From a virus, in IMG/VR virus record IMGVR_UViG_3300031954_000001, positions 44,795 to 108,794 of that record: DNA of 64,000 nucleotides; one strand, given 5' to 3'. The notes under the pieces are model-generated. The model made no database searches, had not been told where the DNA came from, and saw only the letters and a list, made by a program, of their open reading frames with translations. Positions 36,801 through 45,464 of the stretch are shown here, in pieces; positions within the stretch are counted from its first letter, which is position 1, and each line of letters begins with the position of its first letter. The translations under genes were made by a program, and so were the position numbers.

Positions 36801-39800
36801 CGGTGAGGCTGGCGAACCCGGCCGGGATCGTGGTGCCGAAGAAGGCCTGGACCGGGCTGACGAAGGTGCCCTGGAAGGTGCCCGCGATGACCTGCCAGGA
36901 CCGCTTGAACCCGTTTTCCAGGCCGGCGAGCCAGCCCGGGACGGTACTGGCGAAGAACGCGGCCAGCGCGGACTGCAGGCCGGAGACGAAGTCGGCGGCG
37001 GCCTTGTTCCACAGCTTGCGGAACCCGCCCTCGGCCGCGATGAGCCAGGCCGGCAGCTTCGCCGTGAACATGGCGGTCAGCACGGTGGCGAATGTCGTCT
37101 GCAGCGAGTTCGCCAGCTTGAGGAACGTGACATTCCCGAGGGAGGCGAACTGCTGCATCCAGGCGGGGATCCGCTGGGCGAACAGCACCTCCAGCGCCCC
37201 GCTCAGGACGTTGATCGCCCCGGCCAGTGACTGAGCCCCGCCCCCGCCGGCCGGGCCGCCCGCCGCCATCCTGGCCGGCCCGCCGGCCGCGTAGCCGATG
37301 ATCCCGCCGGAGGCCCGGAACCCGGCCACGGCGCCGACCGCGCCGGGGTGCACGTCGCCCTTGTTGAGCGCGTTCATGATGCCGAGCCCGTACCGGCTGA
37401 CCGAGGCGGCCCGGATGACGTACTCGCCGCGGGATGCCAGGATGTGCACGTCGTCGGCGGTCGGCCCGGTCCCGGCGGTGATCAGCCCGCCGTGCTGCTT
37501 GTAGGCCGCCGCGGGGGCCACGCCGAGCCGCCCGGTGACCGCCTGGGCGACCTGGCTCAGCCGGGTCTGGACGTTGCTGATGGCGTTGTTGGCGGACGTG
37601 GTGTCCACGTTCAGCTTGATGGTTTTGCCGGCCGGCAGCTGGTCAATGGCGCCTTTCAGGCCGCCCTTGCCGCCGCCGCCCAGCGCCGTGTAGAGCTCGT
37701 CGGCCTGTTTCTTGGTCAGCGACATGCCGCTCTTGCCGCCAGACCCGGCCCACGCCTCGAAGTTCGCCTTGGACTTCAGCGCGTCGGACTGCGGGCCGCC
37801 CAGGCTGCCCAGTTCCTTGCCCAGGTTGCCGTGCAGCGAGTTCCACAGCTTGTCGGCCCGGTCCTTGGTCAGGCCCAGGCCGTGGGTCGGGTCACCGGCC
37901 AGCTTCTCGAACTCCGCCTTGGCACCGGGGGCCTTGGACTTGGCCAGGTCAGACAGGGTAGCGCCGAGGTTTCCATCCAGTTTCTTCCACAGCTCGTCGG
38001 CCTTCTTGGTGGTCAGCCCGAGTCCCTGGTTGCCGCTCTGGCCGGCGAACGCCTCGAAGTCCTTCTTGGCCTGCGCGGCGGTGTCGCCGGACTTCTTGAC
38101 CGCCGGGGTCAGCTTGGGCGAGATCTCGTCCCACAGCTGGGTGGCCTCGTCCTTGGTCAGGTGCAGGGCGCCCAGCGCGAACGACATGAACTGGGTCTTG
38201 GCGTCGTTGACGTTACCGGTGGCCAGCAGCAGCGACTGGGCGAGCTCCAGCGCCGAGGTCTTCTGCTGATCGCTGTTGAACTTGCTGTGCATGACCGCGT
38301 TGGCGAAGTCGTTCATGGCCTTCTGGCCGCCGCTGGCCATGACGACGGCGCTGGCCATGGCCTGGGTCAGGTTCTGGCCGAGGGCGATCGACAGGTTCTT
38401 GACGTCATCGGCCAGGTTGCCGGCCTTAGTCGTCATCGTGGTGACGATGCCCTGCAGGTCGGCCATCCCGGGCTTAGCGTTCTTGACCGACCCGGAGTTC
38501 GTGTCGATCCAGTGGGACAGTTCCTTAAACGAGTCGGCGCCCTTGTACCCGCCGCGCTGGGCCAGGGCGTACAGCACATCGGTCATCTGCTGGCTGCCCT
38601 GAGCGGCCGGCAGCATCTGGCTCAGCATGTCCTTGGTGGCCTGCTGCAGCAGGTCCATGCCGTGCTGCCCGAGCCCGGCCGCGGCCGACAGCGACGTCAG
38701 CGAGTCCATCTGGGTGTTGGCCGCCGAGGCGGTCTGCAGCAAGGTCTGCTGAGCGGCGATCGACGCGTCGTTCAGCCCGGTCATCGTCGCCTTGCCCTGC
38801 TGAGCAGAGCCGGCCGCGTTCCGGATGGACTCGCTGACCTTGCCGTTGGCGATGGTCAGGGCCACGGTTCCCTGGGTCGCCCCGCCGAACGCCTCGTTCA
38901 TCCCGTTGACTTGCTTGGCAAAGCCCAGGAAGTCCGATGACCCGCCGGAGACCAGCTTGAAGAACGCGTCCCAGCCCTGGTTCAGCTCGGAGACCTTGGA
39001 GTCCTGCATCTCGGTGGCGAACGTGACCGCGTTGATCGACGCCTGCAGCTGCGTCCCGCCCGCGCCCATCTCCGCGTAGCCCTTGACCAGGTTGTCGACC
39101 TTCTGGCTCATTACCGCGAGACTGTCGGTGGACCGGACCCCGGCCAGGTTCATCAGCGTGAGAGCCTGGGTGTAGTTCATCGTGCCGAGCTTCAGCTTGT
39201 CCTGGTTGAACATCAGGGCGCCGGTCTCGGCGAACAGGTTCCGGTCCTGGCCTAGCCAGTTGTTGATCTGCTGGTTGAGCAGCGAGATGTTCCGCGCCAT
39301 CTCGGCCGGCGCGCCCGGGTGCCCGAAGAAATCGTGGAAGGCGTGCCCGAAGTCCATGACGGTGTTCTTCAGGTTCGGCCAGGAGGCCAGCGACTGGGGG
39401 ATGTCACCGAGGGCCTTGCCGAACGCGCCGGCGGTGGACATCACTTCCGCTGAAATGTTCTGCCAGGTGCCGCCGAAGGTGTGCCAGTTCTGGTTGAACG
39501 TCGCGACCCCGCCGCCGGAGTTGATCTCGTTGATCTTGGCGTTCGCCTGGCCGATGGCGTCGCTGATGTCCGTCATCGCCTGCGACGCCTGATCCGAGTT
39601 GATCTTCTGGTTCAGGGTGTCGATCAGCTTGGCGACATCCGGGGTTGCCTTGCGGGCCTCGATGGCCATCGCGATGATCGCGGCGGTGGCGAGCAGGAAC
39701 CAGGTCAGCGGGTTGGCCAGCAGCGCCAGCAGCCCGCGCCCGAAGGCGGCCAGCCCGGCGCCGGCGGTCCGCAGCGCGCCACCCAGGGCGACCAGGCCCT

Positions 39801-41802
39801 TCTCCGCGATGTTGGCGACGAGCGTGCCGAAGCCCCGCAGGAACCCGAGCGCCCCGCTGAACGCCCGGCCCAGCAGGCTGGTCTCGTTGGCGGCGTTGGC
39901 CGCGGCGTCGGCCTCGGTGGCCAGCGCGTCGGCGGCCTGCGTGGCGGTATCCGCAACCGCCCCCTCCGCCACCGCCGTCTCGGCGACGGCTTCCCCGGTC
40001 AGCGCGGCGGTCAGCGCGGTGACCGCCCCGGTCTGCTCGGCGATCGCCACGGTCAGCGCTTCGGTGGCCGTGGCATGCGCCTCGGTGGCCGTGGCGGCAG
40101 CCGTGCTGGCCGTGCCCTGCTTGACGATCCAGGTGACCGCGCCCACGATCGGGGCGGTCAGCTTGCCGAACACGCCGCCGAGCACCGAGACCCAGACCCA
40201 CAGCCCGTGGAACATCAGGGTCGCCGTTACGATCGGGCCGGGCAGCTTGGAGAACAGGTTGAGCACTTCGGCGAAGCCCTGGATCATGTCCAGCAGGTAG
40301 TGCGCGACCCCGGGATCCTTGGTCAGCAAGTTGTCGATGGCCTGGGCCAGGATGCCGATCGCCTTGCCCATCTGGGACAGGAACCCGACCCCGGATTGCA
40401 GCAGGCCGCCTACGTTCTTCTGGCTGTTCGCCCAGATGTCCAGCTTGGCGATCCAGGTGTCGAACAGGTCAACTACCTGGTGAGCCGCCCGGTACAGCGC
40501 GTTGGTCTGGCCAGAGGCCAGGTTGAGCGCGCCGCCGAACGCCTCGATCACCTGCGGGGCCAGCGATTTCTGCAGGTTGTCCAGCGCCCCGGCCAGCGTG
40601 CCTGCGTCCACGCCGTACGCGGTCATCACGTTCAGCGACGCCTTGGTGTGGTAAGCCAGCTCGTCCACTGCCCGGTAGACCCCGGCGAACCCGGCGCCGA
40701 GCGCCAGCAGCGACGTGGTCGCGATGATGATGGCCTCGATCGCGGCGTCCAGCACGATGTGCCAGCCGGCGATGCCGCCGATCATCGCGCCCCAGCCGAT
40801 CTTCTGGTTGGCTGCGGCGAACCGGCCCAGCCAGCCGGTAAGGGTCGCCCATATCCCGGTGGAGGCCGCCGTGTCAGTGGTCAGCTTCTGCATCCGGGCG
40901 TCGATGCCCGCGATCTCGGCCGCTGACCTGGCCAGCCCCACCGGGTCGATGCCGCCCATGCGGACATCGGCCGCCTCCTGTCTCAGCTTGGTGATCAGGC
41001 CGATCTCGGCCGCGGTCTGGGCCATCACCTTGTCGATCTGGGCCGAGTTCATCAGCGGGATGTCGCGCGCCTGGGCCTGCAGGCCGGTGAGCTCGGCCTT
41101 GGCCACGGCGACCGCGCGCATGAGCGAGAAGTAGTTGGCAACCAGCTCGATCTTGCGGGCCTCGGAGTTGATGAGCTCGATCTCGGCCAGGACGACGTCC
41201 AGTTTGGCCCGGACCTCGGCCGTGTCGATGTCGGCTTCCTCGTCGTCCAGCTTGGCCTGCAGCCGGTCTGCCTGGTTCTCCAGCTCGATCAGGTGCAGCG
41301 CGGCCCGCTTGGTGTCCAGGTCCACCTGGAACTCCGACGCCTGCCGCTGCAGGGTCTTCAGCTTCGCCTGCGCGTCAAGGACCTTGGCGTCGAATTTCTT
41401 GGAGTCCAGGTTCATCGACAGCTGAGTCAGCTGCTGACTGAACGCGCGCAGCTTGACCATGGAGGACGCGATCTTGAGGTCGATCTTGGTCGTATCGACG
41501 TCCATCGGCAGGTTCTGCAGGTTCTTGGCCGCGACGGCGACCTTGGCCTTCAGATCGAGGAGCTGGGCGTTCAGCTTCTTATCATCGGCGCTGATCGGGA
41601 TGGAGGTCAGCGTCTTGGACAGCGCGGACAGCTTGGCCGCGAGCGCGGTGAACGTCGCCTCGGCCTGCCTGGCGTCGGCGGTGAGCGGGATCGACGCCCG
41701 CATGCCCGCCAGCGCCGCCTTGATCCCGGCGTCGGCTTCGGGCCGGAACCGGGTGGTGTCCGGGTAGACGACAAATGCCACATCTCCGAGGACCTTGGGC
41801 AT
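33832..41802 (-). CDS. tape measure protein with NlpC/P60 and lytic transglycosylase domains
   Basis: 2656 aa, helical and Ala-rich; WDCSSL...GHVGM (NlpC/P60); QESGWN..ARNPSSGAYGIPQ (SLT). Confidence 0.95.
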   Translation of the reverse strand: MPKVLGDVAFVVYPDTTRFRPEADAGIKAALAGMRASIPLTADARQAEATFTALAAKLSALSKTLTSIPISADDKKLNAQLLDLKAKVAVAAKNLQNLPMDVDTTKIDLKIASSMVKLRAFSQQLTQLSMNLDSKKFDAKVLDAQAKLKTLQRQASEFQVDLDTKRAALHLIELENQADRLQAKLDDEEADIDTAEVRAKLDVVLAEIELINSEARKIELVANYFSLMRAVAVAKAELTGLQAQARDIPLMNSAQIDKVMAQTAAEIGLITKLRQEAADVRMGGIDPVGLARSAAEIAGIDARMQKLTTDTAASTGIWATLTGWLGRFAAANQKIGWGAMIGGIAGWHIVLDAAIEAIIIATTSLLALGAGFAGVYRAVDELAYHTKASLNVMTAYGVDAGTLAGALDNLQKSLAPQVIEAFGGALNLASGQTNALYRAAHQVVDLFDTWIAKLDIWANSQKNVGGLLQSGVGFLSQMGKAIGILAQAIDNLLTKDPGVAHYLLDMIQGFAEVLNLFSKLPGPIVTATLMFHGLWVWVSVLGGVFGKLTAPIVGAVTWIVKQGTASTAAATATEAHATATEALTVAIAEQTGAVTALTAALTGEAVAETAVAEGAVADTATQAADALATEADAAANAANETSLLGRAFSGALGFLRGFGTLVANIAEKGLVALGGALRTAGAGLAAFGRGLLALLANPLTWFLLATAAIIAMAIEARKATPDVAKLIDTLNQKINSDQASQAMTDISDAIGQANAKINEINSGGGVATFNQNWHTFGGTWQNISAEVMSTAGAFGKALGDIPQSLASWPNLKNTVMDFGHAFHDFFGHPGAPAEMARNISLLNQQINNWLGQDRNLFAETGALMFNQDKLKLGTMNYTQALTLMNLAGVRSTDSLAVMSQKVDNLVKGYAEMGAGGTQLQASINAVTFATEMQDSKVSELNQGWDAFFKLVSGGSSDFLGFAKQVNGMNEAFGGATQGTVALTIANGKVSESIRNAAGSAQQGKATMTGLNDASIAAQQTLLQTASAANTQMDSLTSLSAAAGLGQHGMDLLQQATKDMLSQMLPAAQGSQQMTDVLYALAQRGGYKGADSFKELSHWIDTNSGSVKNAKPGMADLQGIVTTMTTKAGNLADDVKNLSIALGQNLTQAMASAVVMASGGQKAMNDFANAVMHSKFNSDQQKTSALELAQSLLLATGNVNDAKTQFMSFALGALHLTKDEATQLWDEISPKLTPAVKKSGDTAAQAKKDFEAFAGQSGNQGLGLTTKKADELWKKLDGNLGATLSDLAKSKAPGAKAEFEKLAGDPTHGLGLTKDRADKLWNSLHGNLGKELGSLGGPQSDALKSKANFEAWAGSGGKSGMSLTKKQADELYTALGGGGKGGLKGAIDQLPAGKTIKLNVDTTSANNAISNVQTRLSQVAQAVTGRLGVAPAAAYKQHGGLITAGTGPTADDVHILASRGEYVIRAASVSRYGLGIMNALNKGDVHPGAVGAVAGFRASGGIIGYAAGGPARMAAGGPAGGGGAQSLAGAINVLSGALEVLFAQRIPAWMQQFASLGNVTFLKLANSLQTTFATVLTAMFTAKLPAWLIAAEGGFRKLWNKAAADFVSGLQSALAAFFASTVPGWLAGLENGFKRSWQVIAGTFQGTFVSPVQAFFGTTIPAGFASLTGKAHSTFDDVAQYFSGHVDKPVSSAISAWSGDIVTAFKNGWNSAAGTFNNSVVGWINANILKNLPGSLSIQPIPQFAGGGMVHLGSGPAADDVHALLSKGEVVVPTSMVSAGAVDHLRGKLPGFAGGGYVGYAAGGAVNQSPVIPGRAPYVDPRDVSGGRWVHHPGRGDAPIDLNRRMPHFAAGGAVEQSMLNFMMSKQGQAYSEANRWGKPPWDCSSLLWTAASSSGVPIPQSAAIAASEADWFGAWSGDYAYKQLSQIQTGDIVFSSGAAPGPSSYGGIGHVGMAASPSTLISALGTQYGVTTSPIGTGGFVVGIRLGGVQGKGILPAAGPSGWGGVTQMWQDLEGLTTSSGTALSGTTAKLAQYVQGGSKALLALASKGAQAIFDAIWKEDIAPAVARLPKGTMPGAFIQSLAGLLDKGISGYMKQKDQSAQQQAAATSGVPAGMGPTSADAAAAQAYARSRLGAFGWQANQFGPLQALWTQESGWNRLARNPSSGAYGIPQALPASKMGPLANPPTSSASAQIDWGLNYIKSVYGSPAGAEAHELASHWYDQGGVLKPGLTLVMNGTGHDETILPHTPHEVMGYAAGGLAGYQQKLGGDQYREILDYNAFRAAALSALAHAAAGSAVARYHTSIINELGTLAGRQGSEAAAYKPVVGAHVTAAEISHFISMMKEEIKTTQDVGLGKVPGTALGLLRAKLEAMATAAAQEPSLPGSAGGGPFPAWKTPSGTIALGNFYAQVAAEQKTEALYYKHVADGFRASLAKAKPGAWDYAHRAVIRSELATLAKGQNNELAAYTALMTRKPYPPVKTVLDHFTATLKSEAATTRDADLSHVPGGHPALMQGLYAELGNLYQLVGSRIGDPVTPFGTDLAAPALPKRGTPAWITLAGIYGWMARGGIVGFDRGGVLPPGLTAAWNGTGRNEVISPVPPGGVIGPGGMTPGEMQLINRMDKLIAIMGAAPAAYSAALNNVAGRAANRGYYGSVR

Positions 41803-42194
41803 CAGCCGAACTCGGCTTCCAGGGACTCAAGCCCGGTGGTCATGAACGGGTACCGGTCGTACATCTGCTCGGTGTGCGGCTTGTCGTACTCCAGGAAGAT
41901 GCCGGTATACATCGCGTTGCCGCCGCCGTACAGGCCGCCGCGGCTGCCGATCACCGGGCCGTGGGTCCGGATCGTGCCCCTGGTCGTGCCCGGCGGCCGG
42001 ACGGCGGTGCTGGACGGGAACCAGTAGCCGCTGCGCTTAGTGCCCGGCAGGACGTGCACGACCGATTTGGCGACGGCGACGGCCTTCTCGTCCAGGTACA
42101 TGATGAACACCCCGACCGGCCCGGCCGGGTCGTTCAGCACCTCATAAAGGGCGGCCTCGTCCCACTCGATCTGGCCCGGGATGATTATCGCCAT
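41802..42194 (-). CDS. HK97 gp10-like tail-completion protein (putative)
   Basis: 130 aa; AKSVVHV..G...I...Y..FLEY...PFM pattern; coupled to the tape measure start. Confidence 0.55.
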   Translation of the reverse strand: MAIIIPGQIEWDEAALYEVLNDPAGPVGVFIMYLDEKAVAVAKSVVHVLPGTKRSGYWFPSSTAVRPPGTTRGTIRTHGPVIGSRGGLYGGGNAMYTGIFLEYDKPHTEQMYDRYPFMTTGLESLEAEFG

Positions 42195-42289
42195 GGCAGG
42201 TCGCCCTCCGGGTCGAACTTGCCGTCGCTCGCGACCGGGGCATCCGGGTCCTCGAACGTCATTACCTTCTCACCTGATAGAATCGAGCT

Positions 42290-42832
42290 ATGCCCGCTAG
42301 AACGATTCACGGCCTCACCAGGAAGAATGCGGTTGACAGGCAGCTCTACAGTCTTTGGACAAACATGATGCGGCGGTGTTATAACCCGAGTAGCGGGAAG
42401 TACCGGTATTACGGTGCCAGGGGCGTCACAGTCTGTGATCGCTGGCATGACGTCAGCCTGTTCGCTGAAGACATCAAGCGCCTGCTCGGACCCAGGCCAC
42501 CAGGCGCTTCGCTCGATCGCTGGCCGGATCCTGCTGGCAATTACGATCCGGATAACGTTCGCTGGGCCAGCGACGTTGAACAATCGCATAACTCGCGTCG
42601 GTACCTTGACGGGCGCAGTTCGCATCCGATGTACCGGAGCTGGTCTATGATCATGTGGCGAAATCCAGGCGCAATGTGCGAACAGTGGCACGAGTTCCCT
42701 GCGTTCGCTGGATACGTGGCTGCCGTACTTGGTTTGCGACCGGAAGGTTTGCGTTTCCGCCGGATAGACCCCGCTGGCTTGTTCGAGCCAGGCAACGTTT
42801 GTTGGGGCCGCCCGTACGGACGCCCTCGCTAG
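42290..42832 (+). mobile_element. free-standing HNH homing endonuclease, antisense to the tail operon
   Basis: LYSLWTNMMRRCYN...YGARGVTVCDRW...SLDR...NY.PDNVRWA..EQ..N, followed by a degenerate second copy of the domain; visibly lower GC. Confidence 0.85.
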
Positions 42833-42846
42833 CATCGGTACGCCTG

Positions 42847-43194
42847 TCATCTGAACTCCTCGTCGTGCTGCATCCAGGCAGGTAGCCCGTCATCGCCCGA
42901 CACGGCAACCGGGGCATCCGGATCGTCAAACTTAAGGCCCATCTCCTCCTGGTGGGCGCGCAGCGCCTTCAGGGCCTCCTCGTCCGGGTTGGCCACCATG
43001 CCGATCTGGACGTCTAGCTGCTCCAGCTCCTCCTCGCTCTGGCAGCGGTCGGCGAGCGTTGCGTATGCGACATTGCAGGCTTGCCGCGGCGTCAGCGCTT
43101 GGAGGCCCGGCGACCCCTGGCGGATGAGCGAGCCATCGACGCGTCCCGCGTGGACTGCCGTCCAGCAGAGGAGGGCGATGGCTGCCCGGTAGGG
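42847..43194 (-). CDS. tail assembly chaperone -1 frameshift extension
   Basis: The -1 frame from CGC-CCT-AC (43189-43196) is open: YRAAIALLCWTAVHAGRVDG...EEMGLKFDDPDAPVAVSGDDGLPAWMQHDEEFR*. Confidence 0.75.
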   Translation of the reverse strand, partial: PYRAAIALLCWTAVHAGRVDGSLIRQGSPGLQALTPRQACNVAYATLADRCQSEEELEQLDVQIGMVANPDEEALKALRAHQEEMGLKFDDPDAPVAVSGDDGLPAWMQHDEEFR

Positions 43195-43658
43195 CGGCCG
43201 GCCACGATCTCGATGACCTTGGTTACCACTTCCATGAGCTGGTCCGCGTCCGCCTTGGTCTCGCAGGCGTGGTCCTCGAACGCGCGCCAGTCACCCGGGT
43301 CGTATTCCTTGCAGGACAGCTCGTTGCCTCCTCTGCAGTCCTCGCACTTGCCGCATTCCGGGTGGCCGGGGTGAATGCAATCGCGCAGCATGGCGTACAG
43401 CGCGCCCAGTGCCCTGGGGTCCTGGACCGCCACGTCGGCGAACGCCGAGAACTTGAGCAACGGCATCAGGCCGATCTTGTCCGCGACCCTGAACCGCTTG
43501 CCCATGAACTCGATCGTCCGGTCGGACGTGACCACCTGGCCGGTGACCAGCTCCACCTTGGCGGCGGGCACCGGCTCCATCCCGGACGACGTTGCCTGGA
43601 TGCCGGCGAGCTCGGCGTCGAAGTCGATGTCCAGCCCGGCTTCCTCGATGTCGGACAC
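43092..43658 (-). CDS. tail assembly chaperone (short form)
   Basis: Lies between the tail tube and tape measure genes; GRPT followed by a low-complexity tail. Confidence 0.8.
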   Translation of the reverse strand: MSDIEEAGLDIDFDAELAGIQATSSGMEPVPAAKVELVTGQVVTSDRTIEFMGKRFRVADKIGLMPLLKFSAFADVAVQDPRALGALYAMLRDCIHPGHPECGKCEDCRGGNELSCKEYDPGDWRAFEDHACETKADADQLMEVVTKVIEIVAGRPTGQPSPSSAGRQSTRDASMARSSARGRRASKR

Positions 43659-43731
43659 GGTCTGCTCCTCTCGTGTGCAGGTGAGGGCAGCTCCCCCGCA
43701 GTGGCGCGGGGGCCGTGCGCGACGACGGTTT

Positions 43732-43747
43732 CTCCCACCAGTGGGAG
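43732..43747. promoter_or_regulatory. palindromic motif, copy 3
   Basis: CTCCCACCAGTGGGAG between the tail tube and chaperone genes. Confidence 0.6.
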
Positions 43748-43754
43748 GGTCCGG

Positions 43755-44192
43755 TTAGGTACCCGGGAGTCCGTAGGTGGGGTAGCGCTGGATGCGACTG
43801 GCAGCGTTCCAGGTGCTCTTGAGTGACACAGCTGCCGTGACTCCACCAGTGATGCTGTAGTCAGGTAGAATGAGCCCGAAGAAATACTGGCCCTGGAGTG
43901 CTGCGATGGACGACGGGTACAGGTAGAAGTTGCGTGGTTGGCCGTCTGTGGCTGCGACGTACGTCTGAGCGGTTGCGGTGTCGAAGAATCCCGTGAAGTC
44001 GCCCGAGGCGTCCGGGAGTCCTGCGACCCAGATCAGGTTCTGGTCGCCCATAGCCGTGACGTCTACCTTGGCCACAGTGAAGTTCATAGACCAGGCGGAC
44101 AGGAATGCCATGGGTGCCGCAGTGGGGCTAGCACCGCCTGATGCGTCGATTGAGACGTAAGCGATCCCATTGCGCCCGTGGATGCGCGACAC
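43755..44192 (-). CDS. major tail (tube) protein
   Basis: GAGGAG RBS and GTG start; RIHGRNG..Y...W.MN...VDVTAMGD....VAGLPDASG motif; directly upstream of the chaperone. Confidence 0.85.
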   Translation of the reverse strand: MSRIHGRNGIAYVSIDASGGASPTAAPMAFLSAWSMNFTVAKVDVTAMGDQNLIWVAGLPDASGDFTGFFDTATAQTYVAATDGQPRNFYLYPSSIAALQGQYFFGLILPDYSITGGVTAAVSLKSTWNAASRIQRYPTYGLPGT

Positions 44193-44335
44193 TAGTCGAC
44201 TCCTCACTATGAGTGATTGGGAGCCGGCTCCGCCATCCGTGCAGGACCCTGGACCGGGGGCAGCTACGGGGCCTCGGCGCTATCAGGAGCCACGATACGC
44301 TGGCTGGTTTATGAAGTCCCGTCTACCCTGGTGAC

Positions 44336-44640
44336 ATGGGCCGGTCCAGCCCGAGCGATGGCTGCCAGTTCCCGGGTACGCGGGCTTCTACGAGGTCTCC
44401 GACCATGGGAACGTCTACAGCCTGCCCCGGGCATCGACCGCGGGCGGCCTGCTCAACGTCGGTGTCAATTCCGCTGGATACCGGATGGCCGGGCTGTCTA
44501 AGTACGGCCGGGTCCGGTTCGTCCCGGTCGGCCGCCTGGTGCTGCTCGCCTTCCGCGGGCGCCCCGATCCAGGCCAGCGCGCTAAGCACGGGCCGGGCGG
44601 GAAGACCGACGACAGCCTGGCAAACTTGCACTGGGGCTAG
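44336..44640 (+). pseudogene. frameshifted, truncated NUMOD4-HNH endonuclease
   Basis: The frame from 44341 reads ERWLPVPGYAGFYEVSDHGNVYS...RLVLLAFRG...KHGPGGKTDDSLANLHWG*. The ATG at 44336 is one base out of frame, and there is an in-frame TGA at 44332. Confidence 0.75.
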
Positions 44641-44660
44641 GACTAGATACGGAGCCGCTG

Positions 44661-45167
44661 ATGGACAGCGAGGCCGTCCGGGCATCGGCGCTGGCAGCCG
44701 CCGCCATAGTTTATGAAGGGCAGGCGGTGCTGCCCGGAGTACTGACCAGCTACGCCGATCAGCTGGTCCCGTGGATCACCCAGCTACCAACCGTCCGGCT
44801 GGACTGCACCTTGCAGCTCCTGCCACATATCAGCGTTCACAACCCTAACGGAGGAGCAGTCATGGCCACCGGAACCGCTGGCGTCAGCACCGCTGTCGCG
44901 ATTACCGCGACGCCCAAGGATGCCTCGGATAACACCAACACCGCCGACAGCATCGGCTACACGATCTCCGACCCGTCCGGCGTGCTCGGTACGCCGACGA
45001 TCAGCGCCGACACGTTCGCCTGGAATTGCTCGCTGTCCGGCGTCGTAGGCTCGGCAACCGTCACCGCCAGGTCGAACCTGGTCCCCGCCGTGACCGCCTA
45101 CGTCGCGCAGATCGACATCTCGGCCGGCGCGACCACCCACATCGTCGGCTCGGTAACGATAACCTGA
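44661..45167 (+). CDS. Ig-like beta-sandwich protein (strong internal start at 44862)
   Basis: Thr/Ser/Val-rich ITATPKDAS...G.ATVTA pattern; GGAGGAG RBS before the ATG at 44862. Confidence 0.6.
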   Translation: MDSEAVRASALAAAAIVYEGQAVLPGVLTSYADQLVPWITQLPTVRLDCTLQLLPHISVHNPNGGAVMATGTAGVSTAVAITATPKDASDNTNTADSIGYTISDPSGVLGTPTISADTFAWNCSLSGVVGSATVTARSNLVPAVTAYVAQIDISAGATTHIVGSVTIT

Positions 45168-45446
45168 TACCGCTCCCAGGGCGCGGAAGCGAGTCGGACG
45201 GCCTCACACCCGGCCGGGCGAGCAGGAGGCGCGGCGGAGCCAACGGGGAACCGGGCGGTGACCGCGGGAGAGCGCACCCGCGGGACATCCGCGCAGGCCC
45301 TCAGTAGCCGACCCTGGGAGCGTCGTGAACCTGGGCGAGATGCCTCTGGACAGCAAGGAACACGTCCGGGCGCTGGCCATGATCCGGCTGGCCGCCGAGC
45401 AGCTGGGCATGTCCTTCACCGAGGACGGGCGGCCCGTCGCCTGATC

Positions 45447-45462
45447 CTCCCACCGATGGGAG
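45447..45462. promoter_or_regulatory. palindromic motif, copy 4
   Basis: CTCCCACCGATGGGAG, just downstream of the glycosyltransferase stop. Confidence 0.6.
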
Positions 45463-45464
45463 TA

